This document shows, piece after piece, positions 12,593-23,835 of a DNA stretch of 64,000 nucleotides. The notes beneath the pieces are model-generated. The model worked only from the letters and a program-made list of their open reading frames with translations. It did not search any database and was not told the DNA's origin. The position numbers and the translations under genes are program-made. The stretch spans positions 58,912,464 through 58,976,463 of the forward strand of contig NC_043011.1 of NCBI RefSeq assembly GCF_006345805.1, read 5' to 3'. The first letter of the stretch is position 1; every line of letters starts with the position of its first letter. This DNA is from Octopus sinensis (taxonomy: Eukaryota).

Positions 12593-13953
12593 TATAAACT
12601 ACAATATCGGTATATTAAAATGAAAGTTAATCGAAGAGTCTAGACAGAAGCACAGGAGGTTCCATGCAACGTTTCGTACTCCGCAGAGAAAGAGGCTGAC
12701 TTTTGGCACAGGTACACGGTTAATCTAAAGTCTAAAGTAATGTGAGTAGGATGAAAAAAATACTTAGAATCAAAGAATATAAACTGATGTGTACAACGAG
12801 AAAACATGAAAGAAACACAATAATTTTCCACTTGTTTCAGTCTTTGGATTCCGATCGTGCGGCGAAGGGTTTAGTCATCCAAGACTACACCAGAATTCAC
12901 TTGTATATTTGATGCTTACTCTATCACACTTCTTTTACCGAACTGCAGGGTTACGGGGACACAATGACACAGGACCCTAGGCACTGAATTGGCGCAAATA
13001 CATGAGAAAAGACCCACCATCACAGCCACCACCACCACCACCACCACCACCACCACCACATATATATGGCATATTTCTACCTTGTTTCCCTTTACCATAT
13101 TCACTCACATGGCACCGTGTTTCTCTGGAGCCAAAGTAGAAAACATTCTTCCCAAAATGCTGCGATAGAAAGCTTCTGAATAACACATTCATGTGTCAAC
13201 GTTGATAAGGAAATAAATAAAACAAAAGTAGTATTAAACAGTATTAACCATATCACATGACAAGGACTATATGATTCCAATGTCGGGCTTGCACTCCATG
13301 TCTGACATTTAGATTAAGGCAAAAGGCCCATATAATAATCATCGAGCCATACTGTTAGTACTGTCATAAACATCTCGATCCCATAATACGTAGATATCGC
13401 GCCAATAGATATTAACAAACTTTGATTGTACAATCGAATATTTATTGAAACAGCAGGGTTTGGTGTAGGAAAGCGAAGACAACATCAATTTTAATATTGT
13501 AGTTATTCATCAATGAAAAATAAATAATAGCGAACTTGAACAAACTTGAGATCATATTATTACAATTATTGAAAAAGGCATGTCCACCATGGCCTCCATC
13601 TGTATACTTTATTTTATTGACCCAGAAAAGATGAAATGCAAAGTTGTCATCGGTGTGCTCTGAACAAAGAAACTAAATAGCCGGAAGTAATACTACAGGG
13701 CATTTTATTTGAGTCGTTAATAAATCAACCAATCCAGCATTTCAAGAATATGCAACACAAAACTTGGGTTTTGAGGGATTCATCGACGATATCGATCTCA
13801 GTGTTTCACAGAGGATTTGTTTTATCGACCCCAGAGATTGATTATTATTAATAAACACTGCATATGGTGGTGAGCTACCAGAATGGTCAGCATGCCGGGC
13901 AGAATGATTAGAGGTATTTCGTCCGTCTTAGACACTGGGGAAGAGAAATGCTA

Positions 13954-14462
13954 GAGGCTTTGTGTATATTATAGAAGTTTCCCAAATCACATGAAAGACG
14001 TTATCTTTGTCGAACTTCAAATTGGAGAAGTACTCAAATATGTCAACTTCAAGACGACATTGGATGAACTGGAACAGACTGGAATGCTTTCAATTGGATC
14101 TAAGAAATTTCGTTTGGCAACAAGAAGGCGATGAACAAGAATAGCATCAAGAACCTTCTGAAATGTTACTCTCAACGGGTTGTCGCATGTCTCTGAAAGT
14201 TCACGTCTTGGACTCCCATCTGGATTTTCTCGCAGATAACCTCGGGGCAGTGTCTGATCAATATGGTGAAATATTTCACCAGGACATTAGTGCTATGGAG
14301 AAACTTTGCGAATTGGTCTAGAAATACACGAAGAGATTCTTATGAAAAGAAGAATCACTGATTCTTCTTACAGACACAGAATGAATATGAAAATAAGAAG
14401 AGTGTGAAAATCAGACAAATATTAAAAATGTACAAATAATATACTCGATAGATATTCCAGTG
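13954..14462 (+). mobile_element. CMC/Chapaev3-like DNA transposase remnant (C-terminal catalytic region, frameshifted)
   Basis: 14178-14321 reads GCRMSLKVHVLDSHLDFLADNLGAVSDQYGEIFHQDISAMEK (family motif GCxMSLKIHFLHSHLDFFPENLGAVSDEHGERFHQDI); upstream KFPK/MKDVIFVELQIGEVLK resembles KFPKLSEAKLKEGIFVGPQIRKL. Family name is from memory. Confidence 0.7.
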
Positions 14463-16284
14463 CTCCTGGAATGACAGCATGCTAACTACTGCTGTTTGCT
14501 TTACCGTGATCAACAATATCAGAACGCCACAGGAAAAATCCAAATCACAATGTTCCAAACTCTGTTATTCTAACTTTGTATTGTCTGACCCATTTGTATG
14601 TGTATTCACTCTTTGTAGAATGATAGTGATGATTTTTAACTCAATAAACTCATTTACATTTCCAAAAAATAATATTCCTTATTTATTACGCTAATGAGTT
14701 CTTATCTACAAACATGTAAATATTTGTATCTACTGGAAAACTGATACGTACTGCGTACAATTGAAGTGACATTTTGAAATCTGCATGGAATCTCCGTATA
14801 AAAAGTTGGTTTGCATTCATAATGAGTATAGTATCTTTGATTTTCTTTAACCAGTGTTAGTAATACATACTATAGACAAGAATGCGTATATTACCAGTGG
14901 TCGGTTCATAACTTAGGTCTTAATGCTTAGCAAAAAGTCGAGACATTCTGTCGATGAATTATTTCGAAATGAAGAGAGACTGTCGTGTTCATTTGTTGGC
15001 AGGATTGGCTGGTCTCTCCATATTATTGTCACTTACTTTCTTCCTTTTTTTCTCCCTCACACACATTCTTTCTCTCCCTCTCTCACATACATAAACACGC
15101 ACACACACACACACACTCTCTTTCTTTCTATCTCTGTTCCTATAATGAAAGATGTGTAGGTGTATTCATGAACGAATATATGTGTATGTTTGTGCGAGGG
15201 TTCTATTATAAATATCTCTGACAGTAAAGCAGATTGCATACGTTTGTATAGCTTTGCTATTACAGATAAAAGTCTATTTGTACAACGAACCAAGTCAACG
15301 ATTAGTTGATATGTATTGGCAAATACATAGGTGATATTCCTTATCATAAATCACTGCAGCACACAGATCACAAATCTCATGAGAGCTAATGTTTGCATTG
15401 CTAAATGTCTATGCACAAAGCAGTTTAATACTTGTCAGTAAGATATCCTGACCTGTTGTATATTTATATGTAAATCATGTGAAACCTGTGTGTATTTTAA
15501 GATTGTTTAGCGTTTATTAGTATTCTCCTGCGAAGGGGGAGAGGTTGGTGAATAGGCATTGGTAGAATGCCATATTCTTTTTAATTTTCAGTATCTAGAC
15601 GCCAGTCTGCTGGTTTAAAATTCAAATAATAGTACAGTCTACTTTCCTCTGGAGCTGAAAAACTATGTATTTGTAAGACCACAATTAATCAATTTTGACG
15701 TGTAGAGTATTTTCGCCGAAGCCTAGATGATATGTGTCAACTGTTCTGTGGTTTATCACACGTTTGTTGAAGCCCACATCACATTTTTTTACAGCTAAGT
15801 ATTTAAAAATACTCAGGTCAATCCAAGCGTATATTTTTCGTTTCTGTTTAAACGAGCAGGTTTTTTTATTCTGTCGTAAAGTAGTGACTATTATTCTCGT
15901 CAGAACTATCTGGTAATCGTCCTCAACTCAAAACAGCTAAGACTATGGTGCAATCAAAAATAGTTCCATGAGTCTCACCACAATGTCCCATGGAAGCTGA
16001 TATCCCCTCAGTTAATTGCTCTAATGTACAGTTACCTTCCTTCTTTCCGAGTCACTTCGGCCACGGGCACAGCTTATCACAAATAACTATTTGCATAATT
16101 CAAACATCCCAAATTTATCCAAATATATAAATAAAGACAGAAAATTAGATTAGGAAATAGGGCCAAATATACTCCTAATTCACTTTTCTATTTGAAAGAA
16201 CAGAAATCTATCAAAAACTGAAAAGATGTACTAACGAACGCAATGTATTTGGAACTTGTTCACCGTAACAAGCAACATGATGCT

Positions 16285-16570
16285 TAGTGAATTACCGTGG
16301 AGAGATTTTGGAAAGTGACCGTTGTATTCTTAATCTTGACGAAAAACTCGCATTATAATTCTTCTAATAAATATGCATTAAACTTAACACTATGATGTAA
16401 CTCGCCGGATTGTTTGCGTGTTTCATCATGTTATAGCAGCAACAAATTTAACAGAGAATGACAAGGGTGTAAACTGTTTTATTCCAAAAATCCCTTTGGT
16501 CACGACAGATGCGTTCTTCCAATTTAGTTGCCAGTAAGCCTTTCGTTTGCAATCAGCATCAATAAATTCA
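16285..16570 (+). mobile_element. Old Helitron PIF1-helicase remnant
   Basis: Across stops and frameshifts: KTRIIILLINMH*T*HYDVTRRIVCVFHHVIAATNLTENDKGVNCFIPKIPLV / LPVSLSFAISINK, matching ...IILLRNL...NGTRL...VIEATILTG..GEDVFIPRIPL...FPVRLAFAMTINK. Confidence 0.75.
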
Positions 16571-16779
16571 TGCCATCCATTTCCTATTAGAATCACATTA
16601 TTTTAATCATGTTGAATTGTGCCCTGAGTTTTCCGTTTATAACAACCTAACAAGAATACGTTTTATGTAGCTGCGGACACAAGACAGTAAGAAAGTCTAA
16701 CATACGAGGTTCTGCAGTAGATAAATATTTCGAAGTGCAGAAATTATTATTTAAACGATGGATAATTTATTATTATTTA

Positions 16780-16870
16780 TTTTATTATTATTTGTATATT
16801 AATTTGTATATTATTTGTATATTAATTTGTATATTATTTGTATATTATTTGTATATTTTATTATTATATG
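16780..16870. repeat. AT-rich minisatellite (ATTTGTATATT-like units)
   Basis: About six adjacent units. Confidence 0.85.
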
Positions 16871-18038
16871 TATATTTTTCCACGTAGAAGGAAACTAAAT
16901 TAAGGGTAACGTTTAATTATAATTTGTATATTGAATTTTGTACAATTTCACGAAAAATTCATAAGATCGAATACCTATCTTCAGACAGAATACAACCTCA
17001 ACTAAGACATATGTTTTGAATCCCTACATAATGTTCTCTTTGGTAGTATTTAGTGCATTGTGAGAGTACAGAATATTGAAATATCGATCTATTGTGAATT
17101 CAAATTGAGCATCAGTGATATTAACATGTATATGATTTACTTCAATGAGAGACTACCATTTTGTTACAGGATATAAAAAACGGATAGAAATAAGAAAAAA
17201 ATAGAAGCATATATACATAACTTGTGCAGCAAGACACTGCTTATCCCTTATACGGTACCATATTCAAGTGGCTTTGCCTTTATTAAGTTTCGAGAACTAA
17301 TCAATGGCTTTACATCTAGCAAATGCTTGTCATTTAACATTTAAATATTCCCATGGGTGCAGCGATCTGCAAGGATATTCTCCGCAGCGTAGAGGAAGCA
17401 CCGTCACTTCCATGTTAATGTGTTAAGAATGAATGCGAACGCCATTAAGATTTTCATTCTTTAACAAACTCATAACTGTTTAATATCGCCATAGCAGATA
17501 TCAGCAAATAATGTTCTCTTTTTTTTTTTTTTTTTTGCTTTTTTATTTCAAATTCAATAAACAATATCGAGAATTCGTGTTTAGATTTAGAAATCTGGAG
17601 GTTTACTTAAAGTGATAAGATCGTGTCGAATCACCGGTTTGTTATTGCTTGTCCGCGTCACAAATCTTGACTGCAGCCAATGTACATTGAAGGGGAAAAC
17701 CGTTCTCCGAAAACGAAACAGTAGAAACCAAAGAGAGGGGGAGAGAGGGAGAGAGAGAGGGATAGAGAGCAATAAGAAAATGGAGGGGATCAACTTTTAG
17801 ACATTATATTATGTCAATTTATTTATTTACTAATATTACAATTGCAACAATGTGCATACATGTATAACATATTATGCTTTACATATATAATATAAAGATA
17901 CCAGTAATTATTAGAATATATAGCATAAAGGAATAGAAATTGGGAATATATGTTACAGGTGTTTCAGCCAAGAGGCAAAAATACCCCATTCTAGCTTTAT
18001 CACTCAAGGAGATATATATGTATGTATATATAAATATA

Positions 18039-18113
<75 letters not shown>

Positions 18114-18349
18114 TTGTGTGTGTGTCTTTGTGTGTGTATGTGTGCGTGTGTTTGTGTTTGTGTGTGTGTGAATGTATGTGTGTGCGCCTGTATGTGTGTG
18201 TATATACGTAGGTTCCTCATGTATATGCAGTTTGATTCTTTACTAACTAAAATAAATTTTTAAATACATTGATTTCATAAAGTACAATATTACTCCTCTC
18301 ATAATTCTCATGCGTCTGTTTATATTTTATGTAATATGAATAATATAAT

Positions 18350-18358
18350 GCATCTAAA

Positions 18359-18425
<67 letters not shown>

Positions 18426-18443
18426 ATAATAATAATAATAATA

Positions 18444-18481
<38 letters not shown>

Positions 18482-18496
18482 GTAATAGTAATAGTA

Positions 18497-18540
<44 letters not shown>
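18350..18540. repeat. (ACT)n(AAT)n(AGTAAT)n tract
   Basis: Read directly. Confidence 0.95.
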
Positions 18541-18694
18541 TGATTCCTGTGTATGCATATACATGCAAATATGTTTTGTACATTTAAGTGTAGGTATATG
18601 CATTTATGTATATTTATGTATATGTATGTATATGTATAAGTATGTATTTGTGTGCGTATTTATATTTATAACGTAACCTTATGCACTTTCTAAA

Positions 18695-18813
18695 ATCTCT
18701 GACGAAGCCTAAAGAAACACCGAAGCAGTTTCATCTACTAATTACTTCAGTCTCCTGGAGTGATAAAGGTAGAATTAGGTATTTTTGCCTCTTGGCTGAA
18801 ACAGCTGTAAGAT
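18695..18813 (+). ncRNA. Type-I hammerhead ribozyme candidate, canonical core, long loop II
   Basis: Stem I ATCT(18695-98)/AGAT(18810-13); CTGACGA 18699-18705; stem II AGCC/GGCT; GAAA 18798-18801; palindromic stem III ACAGCTGT; GUA site at 18809. Confidence 0.7.
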
Positions 18814-18961
18814 ATTATCCCAATTTCTAATCCTGTATGTTATATATTCTAATAATTACTGGTATCTTTATAGTATATATGTAATGCATAATATGTTATA
18901 CATGTATGTATATTGTTGTACTTGTCATTTTAGTAAATAAATAAATAAATTGACATAATAT

Positions 18962-19290
18962 TGGCCACACAGGGCTGCACACAGATGGGGCAAGTTACAA
19001 GATAGAGCTTTTCTTTTGGGAGATGAAAGGAAAAAAAAAGGTAGCGTAGGTTTCCGATCAAAAGGGATCGTAAAAGGGGGATAAAAGGAAAAGGGAAAAG
19101 AAAAAAAGAAAACAGGGAAAGGGAACAAAAGAAAAGAAAAATGAAAAAGGAAGAAGAAAGAGGAAAAAACCGGGAAGAGGAAAAAAACGATCAATAGGGA
19201 TCGTGTATCACAGTGTCATGACGTATGGTGTAAAGGGGAAAGCAAGTAAGGTTTATCCGTGGGAAGAAAAGCCTACAAAAAGACCACGGT
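18962..19290 (-). mobile_element. Probable retroelement 3' end with a tail similar to SINE family A
   Basis: Minus strand ends ttgccccatctgtgtgcagccctgtgtggccaata, similar to the SINE A tail; pyrimidine-rich interior. Confidence 0.4.
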
Positions 19291-20094
19291 AACCTTGGAT
19301 AGATAGATCGATAGATTGATAGATAGACAGACAGACAGACAGACAGATAGATAGATAAATAGATCTTTTTGGAATTACTGCTTTTCTGTGTTGAAATATG
19401 TGTGGCTATATTTTGTATTATTAAATTTGTTTGAGTTTGTTATTTTATACTAGTTTATACTAGATAAAACTATATCCAAATTCTGCGATTGCCCTCTGTG
19501 ATGGGGGAAGTTATATAAACGAAATATAAAAAGATATATAAAAGCAAAGGGAAAAATATATTCCTAATTTTCTAAATCCAATCATTTCTGGCGCCCATTC
19601 TACGACTTATATTTAATATATCACCATTTGGCTTTTACTTTGGTTATGTAATTCATAGGTTTTCTGTTTTTGATTCTGTATCATCGTGAGCTAAAAGTTA
19701 TATCTACTTAATTAAAATACTTTCTATGTTTATCTGTTAACATATTAGCTAAATCAGTTTGTTCGCAAAAGTAGCAAAAATAAGAGGATTATTTCATTGA
19801 ACGTACACATAACACTATATATCAGACATCTGTACAGCAAAATAAATATATAAAAACTCTTATATATTGTTGTACATAACAAGTATCAAATACAAAATAT
19901 ATTATATTCAAACTACTATAGACACACATATTTGTATATTTTCCTTTTAGATTTAATAATTTATTTTACCATTTGTTTTATACGTCACTTTTTTCGCATT
20001 CTTATTTATCTTAAAAATAATGAATTGTCTCTATTAAAATAGTCGATGTATATAAAAGAAATGTGTGATTGCGCATTCATTTATATATGCATAA

Positions 20095-20129
<35 letters not shown>

Positions 20130-20154
20130 TATGTATACGTACATACATGCATTC

Positions 20155-20218
<64 letters not shown>

Positions 20219-20869
20219 TGTGACTGTGTGTGTGGGTATCTGTGTGTGCGTTTGTCTGTGTAGCTACATAAATGAATGTATGTAGATATGTATATCTATA
20301 CCTACATATATATATATATATATAATATACATGTGTATATCGTTTTAAAGTTGGCGTGTTTATATTGTTGTGGTTTACTTGGAAATGTCAAATGAAAGAC
20401 TGTTATTGCTTGCAGGTATTTATACACTGTTTTGCATTTCTTCTCACTTTAGAAGGCTAGACATCGACTAATCTGTGTTTTGTGTTTTCATCGTAAATAT
20501 AACTTAACTCTACTTAAGCACAATTTTTAAATGATGAACTCTTAATATGTGCACTACTTTTGATATTTTTTTCTGTTTTACTGTCTTATTGTGACCGCAG
20601 ATATATAAATCGAGAAAACACTTGTCTGGAAATATGAATGGTTAAGCTTTCTTCAATTAAAACAAAATGTTTACGTTTCTGTTTCCACACAAAAGTTTCC
20701 TTGTTTATGTAAGTTCATTGCTGTGTAGTTTCAAATATATTTCGACGAGGAATAATTTTGAAAGTAATTTTGGATAATTGACAAAGAAACGTGGTACTTC
20801 CCTGAAATATTCAGGTGAAATGACAGATTTGCTACCTAGGTATATATATATCATGGTCAACCGATATTG

Positions 20870-21185
20870 GTGAAGGCGCGTGGCTTAGTGGTTACGATAT
20901 TCGCCACACAACCGTAAGATCGTGAGTTCGATTCCCGGTGGCAGTTTGTGTCCTTGAGCAAGACTCTTTATATCACATTGTTCTAGTTCATTCAGCTGGC
21001 AAAAATGAGTTGTACCTGTATTTCAAATTTTGTATCACGCTGAATATCATTAAGAACTACCTAATGTATATGCGTGCCTGTGTAATGCTCAGCCACGTGC
21101 AACTTAATTTCTCGAGCAGGCTGTGCCATGTCCCATTGATCGGATCAACAGGAACGCTCGTCGTCGTAAGCGGCGGAGTGTCAGT
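20870..21185 (+). mobile_element. tRNA-derived SINE sharing the family C 3' half
   Basis: A box tggcttagtggtta, B box gagttcgattcc, 3' part gtatttcaaa...tcacgctgaatatc...gagcaggctgt...cgtcgtcgtaagcggcggagtg. Confidence 0.8.
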
Positions 21186-21617
21186 TCAAGGCCTATACTT
21201 GAATACATAAGTCTTAGCAGTCCATTTCCGCCCGTTTAAGGTATTAAAGAAAACTTTTTATTTCCTGTTCATTGAGGCTGGGTCCATGGCTGCAATTACG
21301 AGACTTGCTACAATAACCTATTAAATAACTCTAATATATGCGGTAGATTTTCTATTTATTTTGTAGACGTTGTTAAACCTCTTATCAGACTTTGTCGAAT
21401 CGTTGTATTATTATTTACGCTTTGATTTACTTGACTTATGATAACTGGGTGTGATACTCCAAACAGATTTTCTGTGAGTATATATAAATCTATACAATAT
21501 GTACACATTTGTGCACAAAGACATTATGCATTTGCTTGAGTGGGAGTTGACTATTACTTCCACCCGGTTGAGAGGTATTACAGAGGTTTCTTTTGACTAA
21601 GTATTACGTGGTTGTAT

Positions 21618-22003
21618 TGTGGAGGCGCAATGACCCAGTGATTAGGGCAGCGGACACGCGGTCATAGGATCGCGGTTTCGATTTCCAGACCGGGCGTTGT
21701 GACTGTTTATTGAGCGAAAACACCTAAAGCACCACGAGGCTCCGGCAGGTGATGGTGGTGATCCCTGCTGTACTCTTTCACCACAACTTTCTCTCACTCT
21801 TGCTTCCTGTTTCTGTTGTACCTGTATTTCAAAGGGACGGCCTTGTCACTCTCTGTGTCACGCTGAATATCCCCGAGAACTACGTTAAGGGTACACGTGT
21901 CTGTGGAGTGCTCCGCCACTTACACGTTAATTTCACGAGCAGGCTGTTCCGTTGATCGAATCAACCGGAACCCTCGTCGTCGTAACCGACGCAGTGCTTC
22001 CAT
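21618..22003 (+). mobile_element. SINE family C, full length, 10-bp TSD
   Basis: tRNA-like head ggaggcgcaatgacccagtgattagg...ggtttcgatttcc; TSD GTGGTTGTAT at 21608-21617 and 22004-22013. Confidence 0.9.
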
Positions 22004-23544
22004 GTGGTTGTATCAAGTAAGGATTAATAAAACGACAAACATAGATGCCAATAGATTTCAAGCGTAGAATTTCAAATCCTGCAGCGCTTCTTTATTTTAT
22101 GTGGTAATTTGAAATTTTCTGAATTATCCAGTTCTCCATTTTGTGAGAACATTTCATTAATTAACACTAATGAAATTTTGGTTCATTACGGTTGTACTTT
22201 GACTTGATTAAAATTTATCTTCAACTCTCCACATCATGTCCAGTATCTTCCACTTAAATGCACGCTCTTCAAACAGAACACGGACAAATGAAAATGTCCA
22301 GTATCATTAAATATATGTATATTTAATAGTATTATATATTTAACAGTGTTATTATTATTATTACAATGTCACCGTTGCAGGACCTAGCAATAAATTGCTA
22401 CTCCTCGAGATCCTGTCGCAACTACTTAAACTTCAGCACTGTATTTGTACTGTTCTCTCCTGTTGATTTTATGCGAGTTTTCTATCTTAATGTATCTCAT
22501 CAAAGAGACTATGGTCTGAAAGTGGCTGAGTAAAGTGATTCTTGACACCCACACGCCACTAGAATCATAATGAATACAATTTACTCGGGTATCTTAAATT
22601 CTTCTTTTTCGTTTTGGCTTGTTCTGTAGTGGTTTAGTGGATATCTGTTGATACTTCTTCCTCTTATCTCCGCATCAGTATGTTGCATCCCGCCTGTCTC
22701 TATCAACGTTTTCACCTTTATCTATTTTTCTTCCTTTTTGCTTTCACATGCAAGATGGAAATAGCTAAAAGTATATAGTGTTTCTTGTACTTTCTCGCTG
22801 CATTTTTTAAATGTATCATCTATTTTGACAAACAATTTGAAATAAATACGTTTTATTTACATTAAAATGCTATTAAAATACATGTAAACTATAAAAGAAA
22901 AACGTCGAAGGATCTGAATAACAAATCTAAGTGAATAATTATACCGATGGAATAAATTGATGAGCAAAATAAAACAAGACAAAAAATATTCAACTTCAGT
23001 GTTAGTTAACTTTATATTTCAATAGAAAGTTGTTTGGAGTTTGATTTAGTTTCATTCAACTAATGGATATGTTTGCTGTGAAATAAAAAAAAAAAAATAA
23101 GGACAGGAAAAATCTCAAAATACAATTGTGATTGTTAAACTCTATTATGATAAGTGAGATTACATCAAATAAAGAATTTACAAAAATGTGTAAAACGTTT
23201 CAACCAACAAGTTTTTGTACAGCTGTGGTGTGCCTGCGTGCAAATACGTGAGAGAGTGTGTGCGTTTAGGTGTATGTGAGCTTGGGCGTGTATGGAGGTA
23301 ACTAAGACATCTAAGACTTTTATTCAACCAATCGTTTTGTAGTAAAAGGGAAAATTAGCTGGTAGTAACAGCGCTCGTAACTTAGCAGTTCATAGCCTTA
23401 TTTATCATAGACTTTTCTTTATCAGACACCATACTTTTTCGCTATAGGTGGCATGTACCGATAACTGTTTACCCCTATCTATCATTATCTGATTGTTTGT
23501 GTGTGTGTGTGTGAATGTGTATATACATAGACACACACACACAC

Positions 23545-23575
<31 letters not shown>

Positions 23576-23601
23576 GTATGTATCAATGTAAATATATAAA
23601 C

Positions 23602-23663
<62 letters not shown>

Positions 23664-23683
23664 GTATGTGTGTGTTTGTGTGA

Positions 23684-23723
<40 letters not shown>

Positions 23724-23751
23724 GTATGTATCTTTATTTGTATGAAAACAC

Positions 23752-23835
<84 letters not shown>

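Larger units (their letters stand above)
17806..18961. repeat. Fold-back: ~205-bp inverted arms (17806-18012 and 18751-18961) around ~740 bp of microsatellite-rich spacer
   Basis: Arms align by eye throughout (tattatgtcaatttatttatttac...ataaagataccagtaattattagaatata...gtttcagccaagaggcaaaaatac...tttatcactc.aggaga). Confidence 0.9.

Noticed and set aside
13933-14462. CACTG...CAGTG as the TIRs of the Chapaev-like element
   Set aside because: Only 5 bp, no TSD, and the left site abuts the coding relic; likely chance
22100-22760. Possible RTE endonuclease relic on the minus strand
   Set aside because: Only one or two weak motif resemblances (EKEEF, DxxxRVG); too degenerate to support
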